Positions 1 through 10,725 of a stretch of 54,191 nt of DNA are shown one piece after another. Source of the stretch: Ferroacidibacillus organovorans. Lineage in GTDB: Bacteria; Bacillota; Bacilli; Alicyclobacillales; SLC66. Every line of letters begins with the position of its first letter. The stretch's first letter is position 1. The stretch spans positions 1 to 54,191 of the forward strand of contig NZ_LSUQ01000015.1 in NCBI RefSeq assembly GCF_001642725.1, given 5' to 3'. The position numbers and the translations under genes were made by a program. The notes under the pieces were generated by a model, which saw only the letters and a program-made list of their open reading frames with translations, did not search any database and was not told the origin of the DNA.

Positions 1-1
1 G

Positions 2-643
2 TCTCCCTATGCGGCACTCGGCACGAACAAGCTCGCGGGCACGTTCGCGTCATCGATCAGCACGCTCACGTACATGCGCTCGGGACGAATTCATTGGTCA
101 CTGATTCGCGGCATGATTCCCTTCACACTCGTCGGCGCGTGGCTCGGAGCGACTACAGTCCTGCACGTCAACCAACGCTATCTACAGTTGACCATTTTTT
201 TCGCCATCGTCATCATTGCCATTCTTACGCTGGTCAGGCGTTCCCTCGGAAAAACCAATGCGTTTGCAGGTGTGACGACCGGTATCCGGATCAGCTCATC
301 CATCGCGGCATTCGCACTCGGTTTTTATGACGGGTTCATCGGCCCTGGTACGGGCTCCTTTCTACTCTTTCTTTTTCTCAGCGCATACCGATTTGATTTT
401 GTCTTGGCGGCAGGCAATGGCAGAGTCCTCAATTTCGCGAGCAACATCGCCGCTCTGGTTTATTTTGCTTTGCACGGTGAAGTCGCGCTTTTGGAAGGGC
501 TGCCAATGGGCATCGCGATGATGATTGGCGCGCGCATCGGATCAAAGATGGCTGTCAAGCGTGGCGTTCCGTTTATCCGCCCACTGTTTGTCGTCGTTTC
601 GCTCGTGCTCGCGATCAAAATGGCGATCACTGTCTTTCATTGA
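2..643 (+). CDS. Sulfite exporter TauE/SafE (TSUP) family membrane protein, 5'-truncated by the window edge
   Basis: Frame open from position 2 (ALGTNKLAG motif); hydrophobic helices; GFYDGFIGPGTGSF signature. Confidence 0.9.
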   Translation, partial: SPYAALGTNKLAGTFASSISTLTYMRSGRIHWSLIRGMIPFTLVGAWLGATTVLHVNQRYLQLTIFFAIVIIAILTLVRRSLGKTNAFAGVTTGIRISSSIAAFALGFYDGFIGPGTGSFLLFLFLSAYRFDFVLAAGNGRVLNFASNIAALVYFALHGEVALLEGLPMGIAMMIGARIGSKMAVKRGVPFIRPLFVVVSLVLAIKMAITVFH

Positions 644-728
644 CGATTTGACGTTCCCCGTATAAGCTAAGAAAAATTGCGAGTGACGTGATCGAAGCGA
701 TACGAAATTTGCAGGAAGTGAGAGAGTC

Positions 729-2666
729 ATGGAAGAGAAAAAACATCCTCAAGAGATCGGATCAGCAAACGCAGGGAGACACGAACCCCTTATGGCGCGC
801 ATTGAGCGCGAGGTTTTGATTGCTGATGGCGCGATGGCGACGCAACTCTACCAAATGGGGACTCCCGTCGGAACTTGCTATGAGGCGCTCTGTATCGAGC
901 GACCAAACGCAGTGACGTCCGTCCATCGCTCCTACCTAGAAGCGGGCGCTCAGCTGCTTGAGACCAACACGTTTGGCGCCAATGCGTATGGCTTGGCTCG
1001 CTATGGGCTTGAAGGAAAAGTGGTCGAGATCAATCGCGCGGCTGTGCGCCTTGCGCGCAACGTTGCAGGAGAGCACGCGTATGTGGCAGGCACAGTCGGC
1101 TCGGTCCGCGGCGTGCGTCCAGCGGGGCCTGCGCGTGCAGAACTCGAAGCGATTTACCGCGAACAGATTGATGCACTGCTCACAGAGGGACCTGACGCGC
1201 TGCTTTTTGAAACGTTTTATGATTTGGATGAATTGGAGATTGCTCTTTACGTCGCACGCTCCTTGACCGCACTTCCGACGATTGCGCAACTGTCACTGAT
1301 TGATCTTGGAGTAACGCGCGACGGCGTCGCGCTCTCTGATGCGTTTGCAAGGCTCTATGAACACGGCGCGTCGGTCGTCGGCCTGAACTGTCGCTTCGGA
1401 CCTTCGGATATGCTGCGCGTGTTAGAAAAGGCCCGTTTGCGAGAGACCGATCGCATCTCCGTGTTTCCCAATGCCGGGTTGCTCAGCGTCACAGATGGCG
1501 CGTATCACTACCCGTCAGAGCCTGCCTACTTTGGCGAAATCGCACAGGCTTTTCACACGATGGGTGTGCGTATCCTTGGCGGATGTTGTGGAACGACGCC
1601 AGAGCACATTCGCGCGATGGCGCGCACTGTAGCCGGTAAGGCGCCAATGCCTGTCAAAGTAGGTGGGCAGACGGTGAGCGTCGGGGTAGGGGACGCGCCC
1701 CGTTCGCGCGTGACGGAGCGGATTGACGAGCGCCGGGACGATGCGCAAGTGCTGGTACACGAGAAGGCGCGGCACGATTACACGGTGATCGTCGAACTTG
1801 ATCCGCCGAAGGATCTCTCGCCAAACGTTTTTTTAGAAGGCGCGCGCGCGTTGAGCGATGCGGGTGCCGACGCGGTGACGCTCGCAGATAACTCACTCGC
1901 GGTGACGAGGATGAGCAACATGGCGCTTGGCGCGATGATGAGGCAAATGGACATTGAGCCGCTCCTTCACATGTCCTGTCGCGATCGCAACCTGATCGGC
2001 CAGCAATCCCATCTCATGGGACTCCACGCGCTGGGAATTCGCCAGGTGTTGGCAATCACGGGCGATCCCTCGCGCTTCGGTGATTTCCCTGGCGCTACGT
2101 CCGTGTTTGACGTGTCCTCTTTTGATTTGATCAAGATGATCAAGCAACTTAATGAGGGTCGTTCGTTTACAGGGCGGGCGCTTGATGAATGCGCGCGGTT
2201 TACGGTTGGCGCGGCGTTCAATCCACATGTCCGCCATCTCGACAAGGCGATTCGCCGCCTTGAGCGAAAGATTGAGGCGGGCGCAGATTTTATCATGACC
2301 CAGCCGATTTATGATCCGGAATTCTTTGACGTGCTCGCAGATCTGACGGCGCATCTGAATGTGCCTATCTTTGTCGGCGTCATGCCCCTTTTAAGCGCGC
2401 GTAACGCGGAGTTTTTGCACAATGAGGTGCCTGGCATTACACTGACAGACAATGTGCGAAAACGGATGGCGGAGGCAGGAACTGGCGCACACGCGCGAAG
2501 TGTGGGCGTCGAGATTGCGCGCGAGTTGGTCGATGCCGCCATGAAGCGGTTTCGCGGAATCTACCTCATCACGCCAATGATGCGCTATGAAATGACGGTC
2601 GATCTTGTAAAACATGTCGCGCGCGTGGCGCGTGAGGTGGATCAGGCGGGAGCGACGCCCGCGTAG
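729..2666 (+). CDS. yitJ: Bifunctional homocysteine S-methyltransferase / 5,10-methylenetetrahydrofolate reductase
   Basis: N-terminal ADGAMAT, ETNTFGAN, GLNC, GGCCGTTPEHI; C-terminal MTHFR-like VELDPP, CRDRN, ITGDP, MTQPIYD. Confidence 0.9.
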   Translation: MEEKKHPQEIGSANAGRHEPLMARIEREVLIADGAMATQLYQMGTPVGTCYEALCIERPNAVTSVHRSYLEAGAQLLETNTFGANAYGLARYGLEGKVVEINRAAVRLARNVAGEHAYVAGTVGSVRGVRPAGPARAELEAIYREQIDALLTEGPDALLFETFYDLDELEIALYVARSLTALPTIAQLSLIDLGVTRDGVALSDAFARLYEHGASVVGLNCRFGPSDMLRVLEKARLRETDRISVFPNAGLLSVTDGAYHYPSEPAYFGEIAQAFHTMGVRILGGCCGTTPEHIRAMARTVAGKAPMPVKVGGQTVSVGVGDAPRSRVTERIDERRDDAQVLVHEKARHDYTVIVELDPPKDLSPNVFLEGARALSDAGADAVTLADNSLAVTRMSNMALGAMMRQMDIEPLLHMSCRDRNLIGQQSHLMGLHALGIRQVLAITGDPSRFGDFPGATSVFDVSSFDLIKMIKQLNEGRSFTGRALDECARFTVGAAFNPHVRHLDKAIRRLERKIEAGADFIMTQPIYDPEFFDVLADLTAHLNVPIFVGVMPLLSARNAEFLHNEVPGITLTDNVRKRMAEAGTGAHARSVGVEIARELVDAAMKRFRGIYLITPMMRYEMTVDLVKHVARVAREVDQAGATPA

Positions 2667-2683
2667 GGGATGCTTTTCGATGC

Positions 2684-3142
2684 ATGCGTTTGGAGGAATG
2701 CGCGATCGATGAAATAAGTTTGGCGATTATACGGTTTTTGCAGCAGGATGGACGGATCTCCAATACGGAGATTGCTCACCGCCTAGAGATCTCAGAGGGC
2801 ACTGTGCGTGCGCGCATCAATAAGCTTATAAGCGATGGGGTACTGCGCATCGTTGCGGCGGTTGATCCGGTCAAGGTGGGAAAAAAGGCGCTCGCCATCA
2901 TTGGCCTCCAGACGTCGCTGCCAGAGCGCGAGCGTGTGGCGGAAAAATTATCGGCGTTTCCTGAGATCCGATTTATGGCATACACCACAGGGAATTACGA
3001 CATCATTGTGGAAGTATACGCTGAGTCAAATGAGCAATTGCTGGAGTTTGTGAACCAAAACCTGTCAACGATTGAAGGTATACAAAAGGCAGAACTATCT
3101 CTTCAACTAAAAATTGTCCGGGATTCATATACGTGGCTGTGA
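2684..3142 (+). CDS. Lrp/AsnC family transcriptional regulator
   Basis: LQQDGRISNTEIAHRLEISEGTVRARI HTH; TTGNYDI effector-domain motif; 152 aa. Confidence 0.9.
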   Translation: MRLEECAIDEISLAIIRFLQQDGRISNTEIAHRLEISEGTVRARINKLISDGVLRIVAAVDPVKVGKKALAIIGLQTSLPERERVAEKLSAFPEIRFMAYTTGNYDIIVEVYAESNEQLLEFVNQNLSTIEGIQKAELSLQLKIVRDSYTWL

Positions 3143-3200
3143 TGTCACGCAGGAGAATTGGATCTTGACGTTTCATAGGATGGGAACCGCTGTTCTACTA

Positions 3201-3234
3201 AAAAAGAAAGCCCGCGCAAAGGTGGGCTTTTTTT
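3201..3234 (+). terminator. Rho-independent terminator, possibly bidirectional
   Basis: AAAGCCCGC/GTGGGCTTT stem flanked by an A run and a T run. Confidence 0.75.
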
Positions 3235-3285
3235 ATGTTTGCTCTGTTGTATAATAGACGCTGACATTATAGAGGGGGAGAGCCG

Positions 3286-4590
3286 TTGTTAACAAAGCAC
3301 GATCAGATTTTGCAACATATTGAAGGGCTCCCGGTCGGATACAGAATTTCAGTGCGACAGATTGCGAAACAGTTAGGCGTGAGTGAAGGAACAGCTTATC
3401 GCGCGATTAAGGAAGCGGAAGGGCAGGGCCTGGTGTCCACGATTGAGCGAGTGGGTACCGTACGTATTGAGCGAAAGCAGCGCAGGGATATCGATCGTCT
3501 CACGTTTGCAGAGGTGGTCAACATCGTCGACGGATCGGTGTTAGGCGGACGTAGTGGACTTCACAAAACGCTTCACAAATTTGTCATTGGCGCGATGGAA
3601 CTCGAAGCGATGATGAAATATGTGGAGTCGGGTTCTTTGATGATTGTCGGCAATCGTCAGGAGGTTCACGTCGCAGCGCTGGAGATGGGGGCGGCGGTTC
3701 TCGTCACGGGCGGATTTACGGTCAGTACCCGCGTGGCTGAACTCGCTGATCGGCTCGAACTCCCGGTCATTTCGTCGACATATGACACCTTTTCTGTCGC
3801 CTCGATGATCAATCGGGCGATCTATGACAGGCTTATTAAAAAGGAAATTCTGCTCGTCGAAGACATCCTTGGGAATCATGTGCCTTCTGTGCTTTATGAC
3901 ACGCAGACGGTGGAAAACTATCGCGAGCTTGTCGATACGACGGGTCACTCGCGCTTCCCCGTTCTTCGCGAAGATGGCAAACTTACGGGTGTCATTGCGG
4001 CAAAGGATGTGTACGGACAAGAACCTGTGACGCTGATTGCGCGGGTGATGACGCGCCAACCGATCTCGGTGACGCCAAAGACGTCCGTCGCATCGGCCGC
4101 TCACCTCATGGTGTGGGAAGGCTTGGAACTGCTCCCGGTCATCGAGTTTCGCCGCCTGGTTGGCGTGATCAGTCGCCAAGATGTCATTCGCGCGCTTCAA
4201 TATAATCAAAAGCAGCCGCAGATGGGCGAGACGCTTGAGGATGTCGTTCTCAGTCGCTTTGCTGAGACGTACGAGGAGCAGACGCTCTCACTCGCGGGCG
4301 AGGTGACACCACAAATGTCGACGACGCACGGGGGACTCTCGCCGGGTGCGTTTATGACAATCGTAGGTGAGGCGGCTATGAATGTTTTGCGCAGACATCG
4401 CGACACGAACATGCTGATTGAAAACGCCACACTTTATTTTCTGAAACCCGTTCAGATTGATCAACGTGTCGAGGCGCGCGCGCGCGTGGTAGATGTCGGT
4501 CGCAAGATGGGAAAGGTGGATGTCGAGCTTTTCCGTCAAAATGAATTGGTGGGAAAAGCGCTGCTGACCGTTCAAATGTTAGAGCGGTAA
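3286..4590 (+). CDS. ytoI: YtoI-like protein (HTH + DRTGG + CBS pair + hotdog/thioesterase domain)
   Basis: MLTKHDQILQHI start, GTAYRAIK HTH, VGNR..VTGGF DRTGG, HSRFPV CBS; upstream of dnaE as in Bacillales; RBS GAGGGGGAG; TATAAT at 3250-3255. Confidence 0.85.
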   Translation: MLTKHDQILQHIEGLPVGYRISVRQIAKQLGVSEGTAYRAIKEAEGQGLVSTIERVGTVRIERKQRRDIDRLTFAEVVNIVDGSVLGGRSGLHKTLHKFVIGAMELEAMMKYVESGSLMIVGNRQEVHVAALEMGAAVLVTGGFTVSTRVAELADRLELPVISSTYDTFSVASMINRAIYDRLIKKEILLVEDILGNHVPSVLYDTQTVENYRELVDTTGHSRFPVLREDGKLTGVIAAKDVYGQEPVTLIARVMTRQPISVTPKTSVASAAHLMVWEGLELLPVIEFRRLVGVISRQDVIRALQYNQKQPQMGETLEDVVLSRFAETYEEQTLSLAGEVTPQMSTTHGGLSPGAFMTIVGEAAMNVLRRHRDTNMLIENATLYFLKPVQIDQRVEARARVVDVGRKMGKVDVELFRQNELVGKALLTVQMLER

Positions 4591-4677
4591 TCGACAGGAT
4601 TCGCGGCGCGTATCGAAGTGATCCGATCTCTGGTGTAGACTGCGCGTGGTTTGAGAGGATAGGGAGACGAAAGACCG

Positions 4678-7600
4678 ATGATTCATCTGCGAACATACAG
4701 TGAATATAGCCTGCTCTACAGCGCCGCGCGCGCCAGCGAGCTGGGCTCGTTTGCGTTTCGTCAAGGGATGGAGGCGCTCGGAGTCGTTGATCGCTTTCAA
4801 CTTTTTGGCTTGCCCGCGGTCGCGCGTGCGCTTGAAGATCAGCAGGTGCGTCCGCTCCTTGGCATGACGGTGCGTATCGCGCCGACGCTTGAGGAGCGAG
4901 ACCGCAGGCGTGCGCTTTTGCAAATTAGTGAAGTGAGCGTGCTTGCGCAGTCAGATGAGGGATACCGTCAACTCATGCGGCTCGCATCTTCTGTGTCCCT
5001 TGATCCGCTCGATTTGAAGCGCATCAGTGAGCAGACGCTGTTTGAAAATACCCGCGGCCTGCTTTGCTTGACGGGGGATCGCGAGGGGCCTGTGGAAGTG
5101 GCGCTTTCGCAAAATGAAGAGCAGCGCGCGCTGCGCAGTCTCTCAGCGCTCATAGAGGCGTTTGGTCGCGATGCGGTCTATATCGAGATGGCGAGAAGTG
5201 GACAGGCTGACGAGCGGGAGCGCGGAGAGCGATTGCAGGCGCTTGCACGAAAGATCGGATTACCCATTGTTGGGACGAGCCCGGTGCGTCACATGACACC
5301 GCCTGACATCCGTCTGCTTGATGTGCTGGCAGGCGTCGAACAGGGCATCACGCTCGCGGAGGCGGCGGCGCTGCGCCCGCGCGGCGCGAGCTTCCATTTT
5401 CGCTCGCAAGAAGAGATGGAGACGCTTTTTGCGGATTGCCCGGCGGCGCTCGCGACAACTGTCGAGGTGGCGGATCGCTGTCGAGCCATGATCCCGTCGC
5501 AATCGTTCGCCATGCCGCGCTACGCCCTGCCCGAGCGGATGACCGAGGCGCAAGCGCTCGAAAAACTCGCATATGATCGTTTGACTCGCCGCGTCACCCA
5601 GCCAACGGATGTCTACACAGAACGGCTCCGCTATGAGCTCGCGGTGATTGAGCGGATGGGGTTTTCCGGATATTTTCTCATCGTCTGGGATTTTATGCGC
5701 TTTGCTCGACGGCAAGGCATCACGACAGGCCCTGGGCGTGGATCGGCGGCCGGCAGTCTGGTTTCATACGTGTTGTCGATTACGGATGTGGACCCGATTG
5801 TGCACGACTTGTTGTTCGAGCGTTTTTTGAATCCGGAGCGCGTTTCTTGGCCAGATATCGACATCGACTTTGAGACGGAGCGCCGCCACGAAGTGGTTTC
5901 GTATGTCGCGATGACATACGGGCTCGATCACGTCGCACATATCGGGACGCTTGGAACGTTTGCTTCGCGCGCCGCCGTGCGTGACGTTGCGCGCGTGCTC
6001 GGCGTAGCCGCTGGGTCCCTGCAACCGCTGCTCGACGCGCTTCCGTCGATACCGGGGACAACGCTTGCGGGCGCACTGCGTGAAGACGCAGCGCTCGCGC
6101 AGCGCGTCGCGCGCGATCCGACCATGCAGCGCGTTGTACAGTTTGCCCTCGGAATTGAGGGCCTTCCCCGCCACACATCGATCCATGCGGCAGGTGTCGT
6201 CATTTCACCGCGCCCGCTTACCGATTTGGTTCCACTGATGGCTGGGGCGGATGAAGTGCGGGTCACACAGTATGCCATGGAAGATGTTGAGGCGTTGGGA
6301 CTCTTAAAGATGGATTTTCTAGGACTCAAAACGCTTACACTGTGTGATCGCACCATTCGCTACATTCGCGATGTGCGAGGGGAGAGCGTGCACGTCGAGG
6401 CGTTGACACTTAACGAGGCGACGATTGAATTGCTCTCACAAGGGGATACAGACGGTTGTTTCCAACTCGAATCACCTGGCGTTAAACATGTGTTGCGCGA
6501 GATGAAACCGCGCAACCTAGAGGATTTGATCGCTGTCATCTCCTTGTACCGGCCCGGACCCATGGAGCAGATTCCTGCGTTTTTACGCGCGCGAAGCGGG
6601 ACCGTCGCGCCGCGCTACGAGGTGCCGGAACTTGAGCCGATCTTGCGTTCGACGTTTGGCATTCTCGTTTATCAAGAGCAGATCATGCAGATTGCGTCGC
6701 GCCTTGCCGGATTCTCTCTGGGCGAGGCAGACGTTTTGCGCCGCGCGGTATCAAAAAAGAAACGTGACGTTCTGGATGAGTGGCGCGGAAGATTTTTAGA
6801 AGGATGTGCGTCCAGAGGTGTTATTGCGCTTCACGCAGAGCGGGTGTATGACCTGATCGTGCGCTTTGCGGACTATGGGTTTAATCGTTCGCACGCGGCA
6901 GCCTATGCGCTGCTCGCGGTGCGCACCGCGGCGCTCAAGGCGAATTATCGCCCGGAATTCATGTCGGCGCTGATGAACGAGCAGATGGCCCGCCCTGACA
7001 AGTTGGCGCACTACGCGAGTGCCTGTCGGCGCGCGGGGATCGCGGTTCTGCCGCCTGACATCAACTTGAGTGGAGAGGAATGCCGACCGGAGCGCACATT
7101 GTCTGGCGCGGTCGCGATTCGCTTGAGTCTTGAGGCGATCAAATACGTGGGGAATGCGGCTGTACGCCACCTGCTTGAATTGCGTGAAGCGGGGGCGTTT
7201 TTATCGGTGCGCGATTTGCTTTTGCGATCGGATAGCCGGGTGCTGACACGGCGAGTGACCGAAAGTCTGGTGCAGGCGGGTGCGCTCGATTCGCTCGGAG
7301 GGCGAAATGCGATGCTTTACGCGGTGAAACAATGGTTTGATGAGCGGGAGTTGCCAAGTTCGCGGGGGAAAACACGGTTGACAAAAAACGCTTCGGAGTC
7401 AGCGCTGTCCCTTTTTGATGATGACGTGCGCGAGGCGCTACGCGATAACCCCGCTGAGGCTGCTGTTGGAAAGGTCGTGGCGAACGATCCGGTCACGCTT
7501 GAACTTCCGGAGCAGTGTGACGCGTGGGAGCGGGAATTGATCGGATTTGTCGTTAGCCGCGATCCGTTTTCAGAACTGATCATGCTGCGCGAAACTGCAC

Positions 7601-8184
7601 GACTCCCAGATCTCGCGCGGGCAAAGGAGCGCGCAAAAAAGGAACCGACGGATGTCGTGGCGCGTCTCCTACACGTGCGTCAGACAAAGACCCGACGCGG
7701 AGAACCGATGGCTTTTTTGCAAGTGGAAGATGAATCGGATCGCGCGGAGGTCGTCTTGTTTCCGTCTCTCTTTCGGACGCTCCGGGAGGAACCGACCAGC
7801 GGTCGACTCTGCTTTTTGCAGATGCGCACCGATGCGCGCTCCTCAGGACTTGTCGCAATGCGCTTCTCGTACACCCCCCCGGAAGGCGTAGGGGTGTCGG
7901 TGAGTTCACCTCCTGTTGCGCTGACGCAGGTGGTGGATGCGCGCGCGACTTCAGCAAAACGCCTTTGGTTGCGCATCGATCAGGAGCTTGATCACTCCGT
8001 TGAAAGCTTGCGCGCACTGCGCGAGATTCTGGTGCGTTATCCAGGGGATGTCCCCGTAATCCTCAGCTATTCATCCGGTCAAAATCGGCTGCTGGAGTCT
8101 GTTCGCGTCGATCTCTCAAAGGCCTTGGCGCGCGAATTGCTTACGCTTTTGTCGAAGAACGCAATCCGCGTAACAGATGAATAG
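4678..8184 (+). CDS. dnaE: DNA polymerase III alpha subunit
   Basis: GPGRGSAAGSLV, FERFLNPER, PDIDIDF, KMDFLGL, YGFNRSHA motifs; C-terminal OB fold. Confidence 0.95.
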   Translation: MIHLRTYSEYSLLYSAARASELGSFAFRQGMEALGVVDRFQLFGLPAVARALEDQQVRPLLGMTVRIAPTLEERDRRRALLQISEVSVLAQSDEGYRQLMRLASSVSLDPLDLKRISEQTLFENTRGLLCLTGDREGPVEVALSQNEEQRALRSLSALIEAFGRDAVYIEMARSGQADERERGERLQALARKIGLPIVGTSPVRHMTPPDIRLLDVLAGVEQGITLAEAAALRPRGASFHFRSQEEMETLFADCPAALATTVEVADRCRAMIPSQSFAMPRYALPERMTEAQALEKLAYDRLTRRVTQPTDVYTERLRYELAVIERMGFSGYFLIVWDFMRFARRQGITTGPGRGSAAGSLVSYVLSITDVDPIVHDLLFERFLNPERVSWPDIDIDFETERRHEVVSYVAMTYGLDHVAHIGTLGTFASRAAVRDVARVLGVAAGSLQPLLDALPSIPGTTLAGALREDAALAQRVARDPTMQRVVQFALGIEGLPRHTSIHAAGVVISPRPLTDLVPLMAGADEVRVTQYAMEDVEALGLLKMDFLGLKTLTLCDRTIRYIRDVRGESVHVEALTLNEATIELLSQGDTDGCFQLESPGVKHVLREMKPRNLEDLIAVISLYRPGPMEQIPAFLRARSGTVAPRYEVPELEPILRSTFGILVYQEQIMQIASRLAGFSLGEADVLRRAVSKKKRDVLDEWRGRFLEGCASRGVIALHAERVYDLIVRFADYGFNRSHAAAYALLAVRTAALKANYRPEFMSALMNEQMARPDKLAHYASACRRAGIAVLPPDINLSGEECRPERTLSGAVAIRLSLEAIKYVGNAAVRHLLELREAGAFLSVRDLLLRSDSRVLTRRVTESLVQAGALDSLGGRNAMLYAVKQWFDERELPSSRGKTRLTKNASESALSLFDDDVREALRDNPAEAAVGKVVANDPVTLELPEQCDAWERELIGFVVSRDPFSELIMLRETARLPDLARAKERAKKEPTDVVARLLHVRQTKTRRGEPMAFLQVEDESDRAEVVLFPSLFRTLREEPTSGRLCFLQMRTDARSSGLVAMRFSYTPPEGVGVSVSSPPVALTQVVDARATSAKRLWLRIDQELDHSVESLRALREILVRYPGDVPVILSYSSGQNRLLESVRVDLSKALARELLTLLSKNAIRVTDE

Positions 8185-8192
8185 ATAAAAAA

Positions 8193-8250
8193 ATGACATC
8201 TTTCAGAAGCGTGCTATAATAACTTCACAATTTATGCGTAAGCGTTTGCG
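8193..8250 (+). promoter_or_regulatory. SigA-type promoter with a possible cre (CcpA) site
   Basis: ATGACA (8193-8198), extended -10 TGCTATAAT (8212-8220); CGTAAGCGTTTGCG (8237-8250) approximates the cre consensus TGWAARCGYTWNCW. Confidence 0.5.
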
Positions 8251-8282
8251 AGAGTGGACGTTGTGAGAGGGCGGATTGATGT

Positions 8283-9509
8283 ATGGCGTTGCGGGATGAC
8301 GCACTGAAGTTACACAAGGATGCGGTGGGGAAGATTGCGCTCTCCCCGAAAGTAAAGGTCGTCACGAAAGAAGACTTGAGTCTCGCTTATTCACCTGGTG
8401 TGGCGGAGCCTTGCAAAGAGATCCACCGTGAACCCGAACGCGTGTACGAGTACACCTCGAAATCGAATCTTGTCGCAGTTGTCAGCAATGGCACCGCAGT
8501 GCTTGGCTTAGGAGACATCGGCCCAGCCGCGGCCATGCCCGTCATGGAAGGGAAAGCGGTATTGTTCAAATCGTTTGCAGGGGTTGACGCTTGGCCGCTT
8601 TGCATCGATGCACAGACGGTCGATGAGGTGGTTGCATTTGTGAAAGCGGTTGCCCCAACCTTTGGCGGGATCAATTTGGAAGATATTGCGGCGCCCGCCT
8701 GTTTTGAGATCGAGGAACGCTTAAAAGCGGAACTTGACATTCCGGTTTTTCACGATGATCAGCATGGAACGGCGATTGTCACAATGGCGGCGGTGTTAAA
8801 CGCCTTGATTGTGGCAGGAAAGCGGCTTGAGGACGTCCGTATTGTCGTAAGCGGGGCTGGCGCTGCGGGGATCGCGACGGTCAATCTCCTGTTGTCGGCT
8901 GGCGCCAAGCATGTCGTCATGTGCGACACGAAGGGCGCGATCTATGAGGGGCGCGGTGATCTAAACACGTTGAAGCATAAGATTGCAGCGGTGACCAATC
9001 CTGATCGGATCGTGGGAGATTTGGCACGCGTCCTTGAAGGCGCCGATCTTTTTATTGGTGTCTCGGCGGCGAATGCAGTCACGAAAGAGATGGTGCACTC
9101 TATGAATCGCGATCCGATCCTCTTTGCGATGGCGAATCCTGACCCGGAGATCACACCGGCGGATGCGCTCGCTGCTGGGGCGTTGGTGATTGGGACGGGG
9201 CGCTCGGATTATCCGAATCAGGTCAACAATGTATTGGCGTTTCCGGGAATGTTTCGCGGCGCGCTTGATACGCGTGCGAAGGAAATCAACGAGGCTATGA
9301 AGGTGGCGGCGGCGCACGCGATTGCGAATCTGGTGACGGCTGATGAGTTGTCAGCCGATTATGTGATCCCGCGTCCGTTTGATCCGCGTGTGGCGCCTGC
9401 AGTGGCACAGGCGGTGGCCGAGGCGGCGCTTGCGACAGGTGTTGCGCGAATTCGCGTCGAACCGTCAGAGATCGCTTTGCGCACGCGACTTTTGTCGAGC
9501 ATTCGCTAG
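8283..9509 (+). CDS. ytsJ: NAD(P)-dependent malic enzyme (YtsJ-like)
   Basis: LSLAYSPGVAEPC, GTAVLGLGDIG, FHDDQHGTA, GAGAAG, GRSDYPNQVNN; synteny dnaE-ytsJ-accDA. Confidence 0.9.
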   Translation: MALRDDALKLHKDAVGKIALSPKVKVVTKEDLSLAYSPGVAEPCKEIHREPERVYEYTSKSNLVAVVSNGTAVLGLGDIGPAAAMPVMEGKAVLFKSFAGVDAWPLCIDAQTVDEVVAFVKAVAPTFGGINLEDIAAPACFEIEERLKAELDIPVFHDDQHGTAIVTMAAVLNALIVAGKRLEDVRIVVSGAGAAGIATVNLLLSAGAKHVVMCDTKGAIYEGRGDLNTLKHKIAAVTNPDRIVGDLARVLEGADLFIGVSAANAVTKEMVHSMNRDPILFAMANPDPEITPADALAAGALVIGTGRSDYPNQVNNVLAFPGMFRGALDTRAKEINEAMKVAAAHAIANLVTADELSADYVIPRPFDPRVAPAVAQAVAEAALATGVARIRVEPSEIALRTRLLSSIR

Positions 9510-9582
9510 GCTTTCTTTCTTGCACGTCTTCTTTTTGCCGTGTTAAGATGGACGATGAGATAGGGTAGCGAGGTGATGCGCA

Positions 9583-9783
9583 ATGTGGACGGTGATCTAT
9601 ATCGCCCATACGTTGCGCCTTGCGGAGCAGATTCAGAGCCGCTTGACGACGGATGGTTTTCTAGTGAAGTTGCGAGCGGCAAACGGTATGCACCAGCAGT
9701 ATGAGATCCTCGTCCCGGAGACGGAACTGGAAGACGTGCGAGATACGCTTCGGGAGATTTTGCACTCTTCCTTGCTCGGATAG
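9583..9783 (+). CDS. Small hypothetical protein upstream of accD
   Basis: 66 aa with a good RBS (GAGGTGA); fills the gap between malic enzyme and accD. Confidence 0.7.
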   Translation: MWTVIYIAHTLRLAEQIQSRLTTDGFLVKLRAANGMHQQYEILVPETELEDVRDTLREILHSSLLG

Positions 9784-9843
9784 AGTCGTAATGAATCCAT
9801 GATGTGTCTGAGCCGAATGAAGCGTTGATGATGAGGTGACCTG

Positions 9844-10725
9844 TTGTTAAAGGATTTGTTTCCTAAGAAAAGAAAGTTTGCAACCATTTCACCAAACCAG
9901 GGCGCTAAGGATCGAGTTCCTGAGGGACTCATGAATAAGTGCAAACGGTGTGGTGAAATTCTTCTTTCGCGGGAATTGGAGAAAAACGTAAAGACGTGTC
10001 CGCACTGTGGGTATCACTTTTCAATGACGGCTCCTGAACGCATTGACGCGACGCTTGACGAAGGGAGCTTCGTTGAGTTTGACGCGCATCTGCTCACTGG
10101 AGATCCCCTCTCTTTTCCGGATTATCCTGAGAAAGTCCAAAAGGCGCGTGAAATGTCAGGCCTTGATGAGGCGATTGTGTCAGGCTATGGGACCATCGCT
10201 GGTTTTCCGCTCTACATCGCTGTCATGGATTTCCGATTTATTATGGGAAGCATGGGCTCGGTTGTCGGGGAGCGACTCGCCCGAACGGTCGAACGAGCGA
10301 CGGATGACGGGGTGCCTGTCGTTATCTTCACTGTTTCGGGTGGAGCGCGGATGCAGGAGGGGATTTTTTCGCTCATGCAGATGGCGAAGGTTTCGGCCGC
10401 GTTGCGGCGTCACGCGGATGCGGGGCGACTGTACATTGCGGTGTGCACAAACCCGACGACGGGGGGCGTGACAGCGAGCTTTGCGATGCAGGGCGATTTG
10501 AACCTCGCGGAGCCGGGCGCGATGATTGGGTTTGCGGGCAGGCGGATTATTGAATCGACCATTCGCCAACAGCTCCCGGAAGAGTTTCAGACTGCAGAAT
10601 TCTTACTCGAACATGGCATGTTGGATGAAGTTGTGCACCGCAAGGATATGAAACCTTATCTGGCGACCGTCCTCGCGATGCATTCGAAACGGGGTGAACC
10701 GAATGGCCACAGAACTGCCTTTTGA
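9844..10725 (+). CDS. accD: Acetyl-CoA carboxylase carboxyltransferase beta subunit
   Basis: CKRC..CPHC zinc finger, [29 protein letters not shown]. Confidence 0.95.
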   Translation: MLKDLFPKKRKFATISPNQGAKDRVPEGLMNKCKRCGEILLSRELEKNVKTCPHCGYHFSMTAPERIDATLDEGSFVEFDAHLLTGDPLSFPDYPEKVQKAREMSGLDEAIVSGYGTIAGFPLYIAVMDFRFIMGSMGSVVGERLARTVERATDDGVPVVIFTVSGGARMQEGIFSLMQMAKVSAALRRHADAGRLYIAVCTNPTTGGVTASFAMQGDLNLAEPGAMIGFAGRRIIESTIRQQLPEEFQTAEFLLEHGMLDEVVHRKDMKPYLATVLAMHSKRGEPNGHRTAF

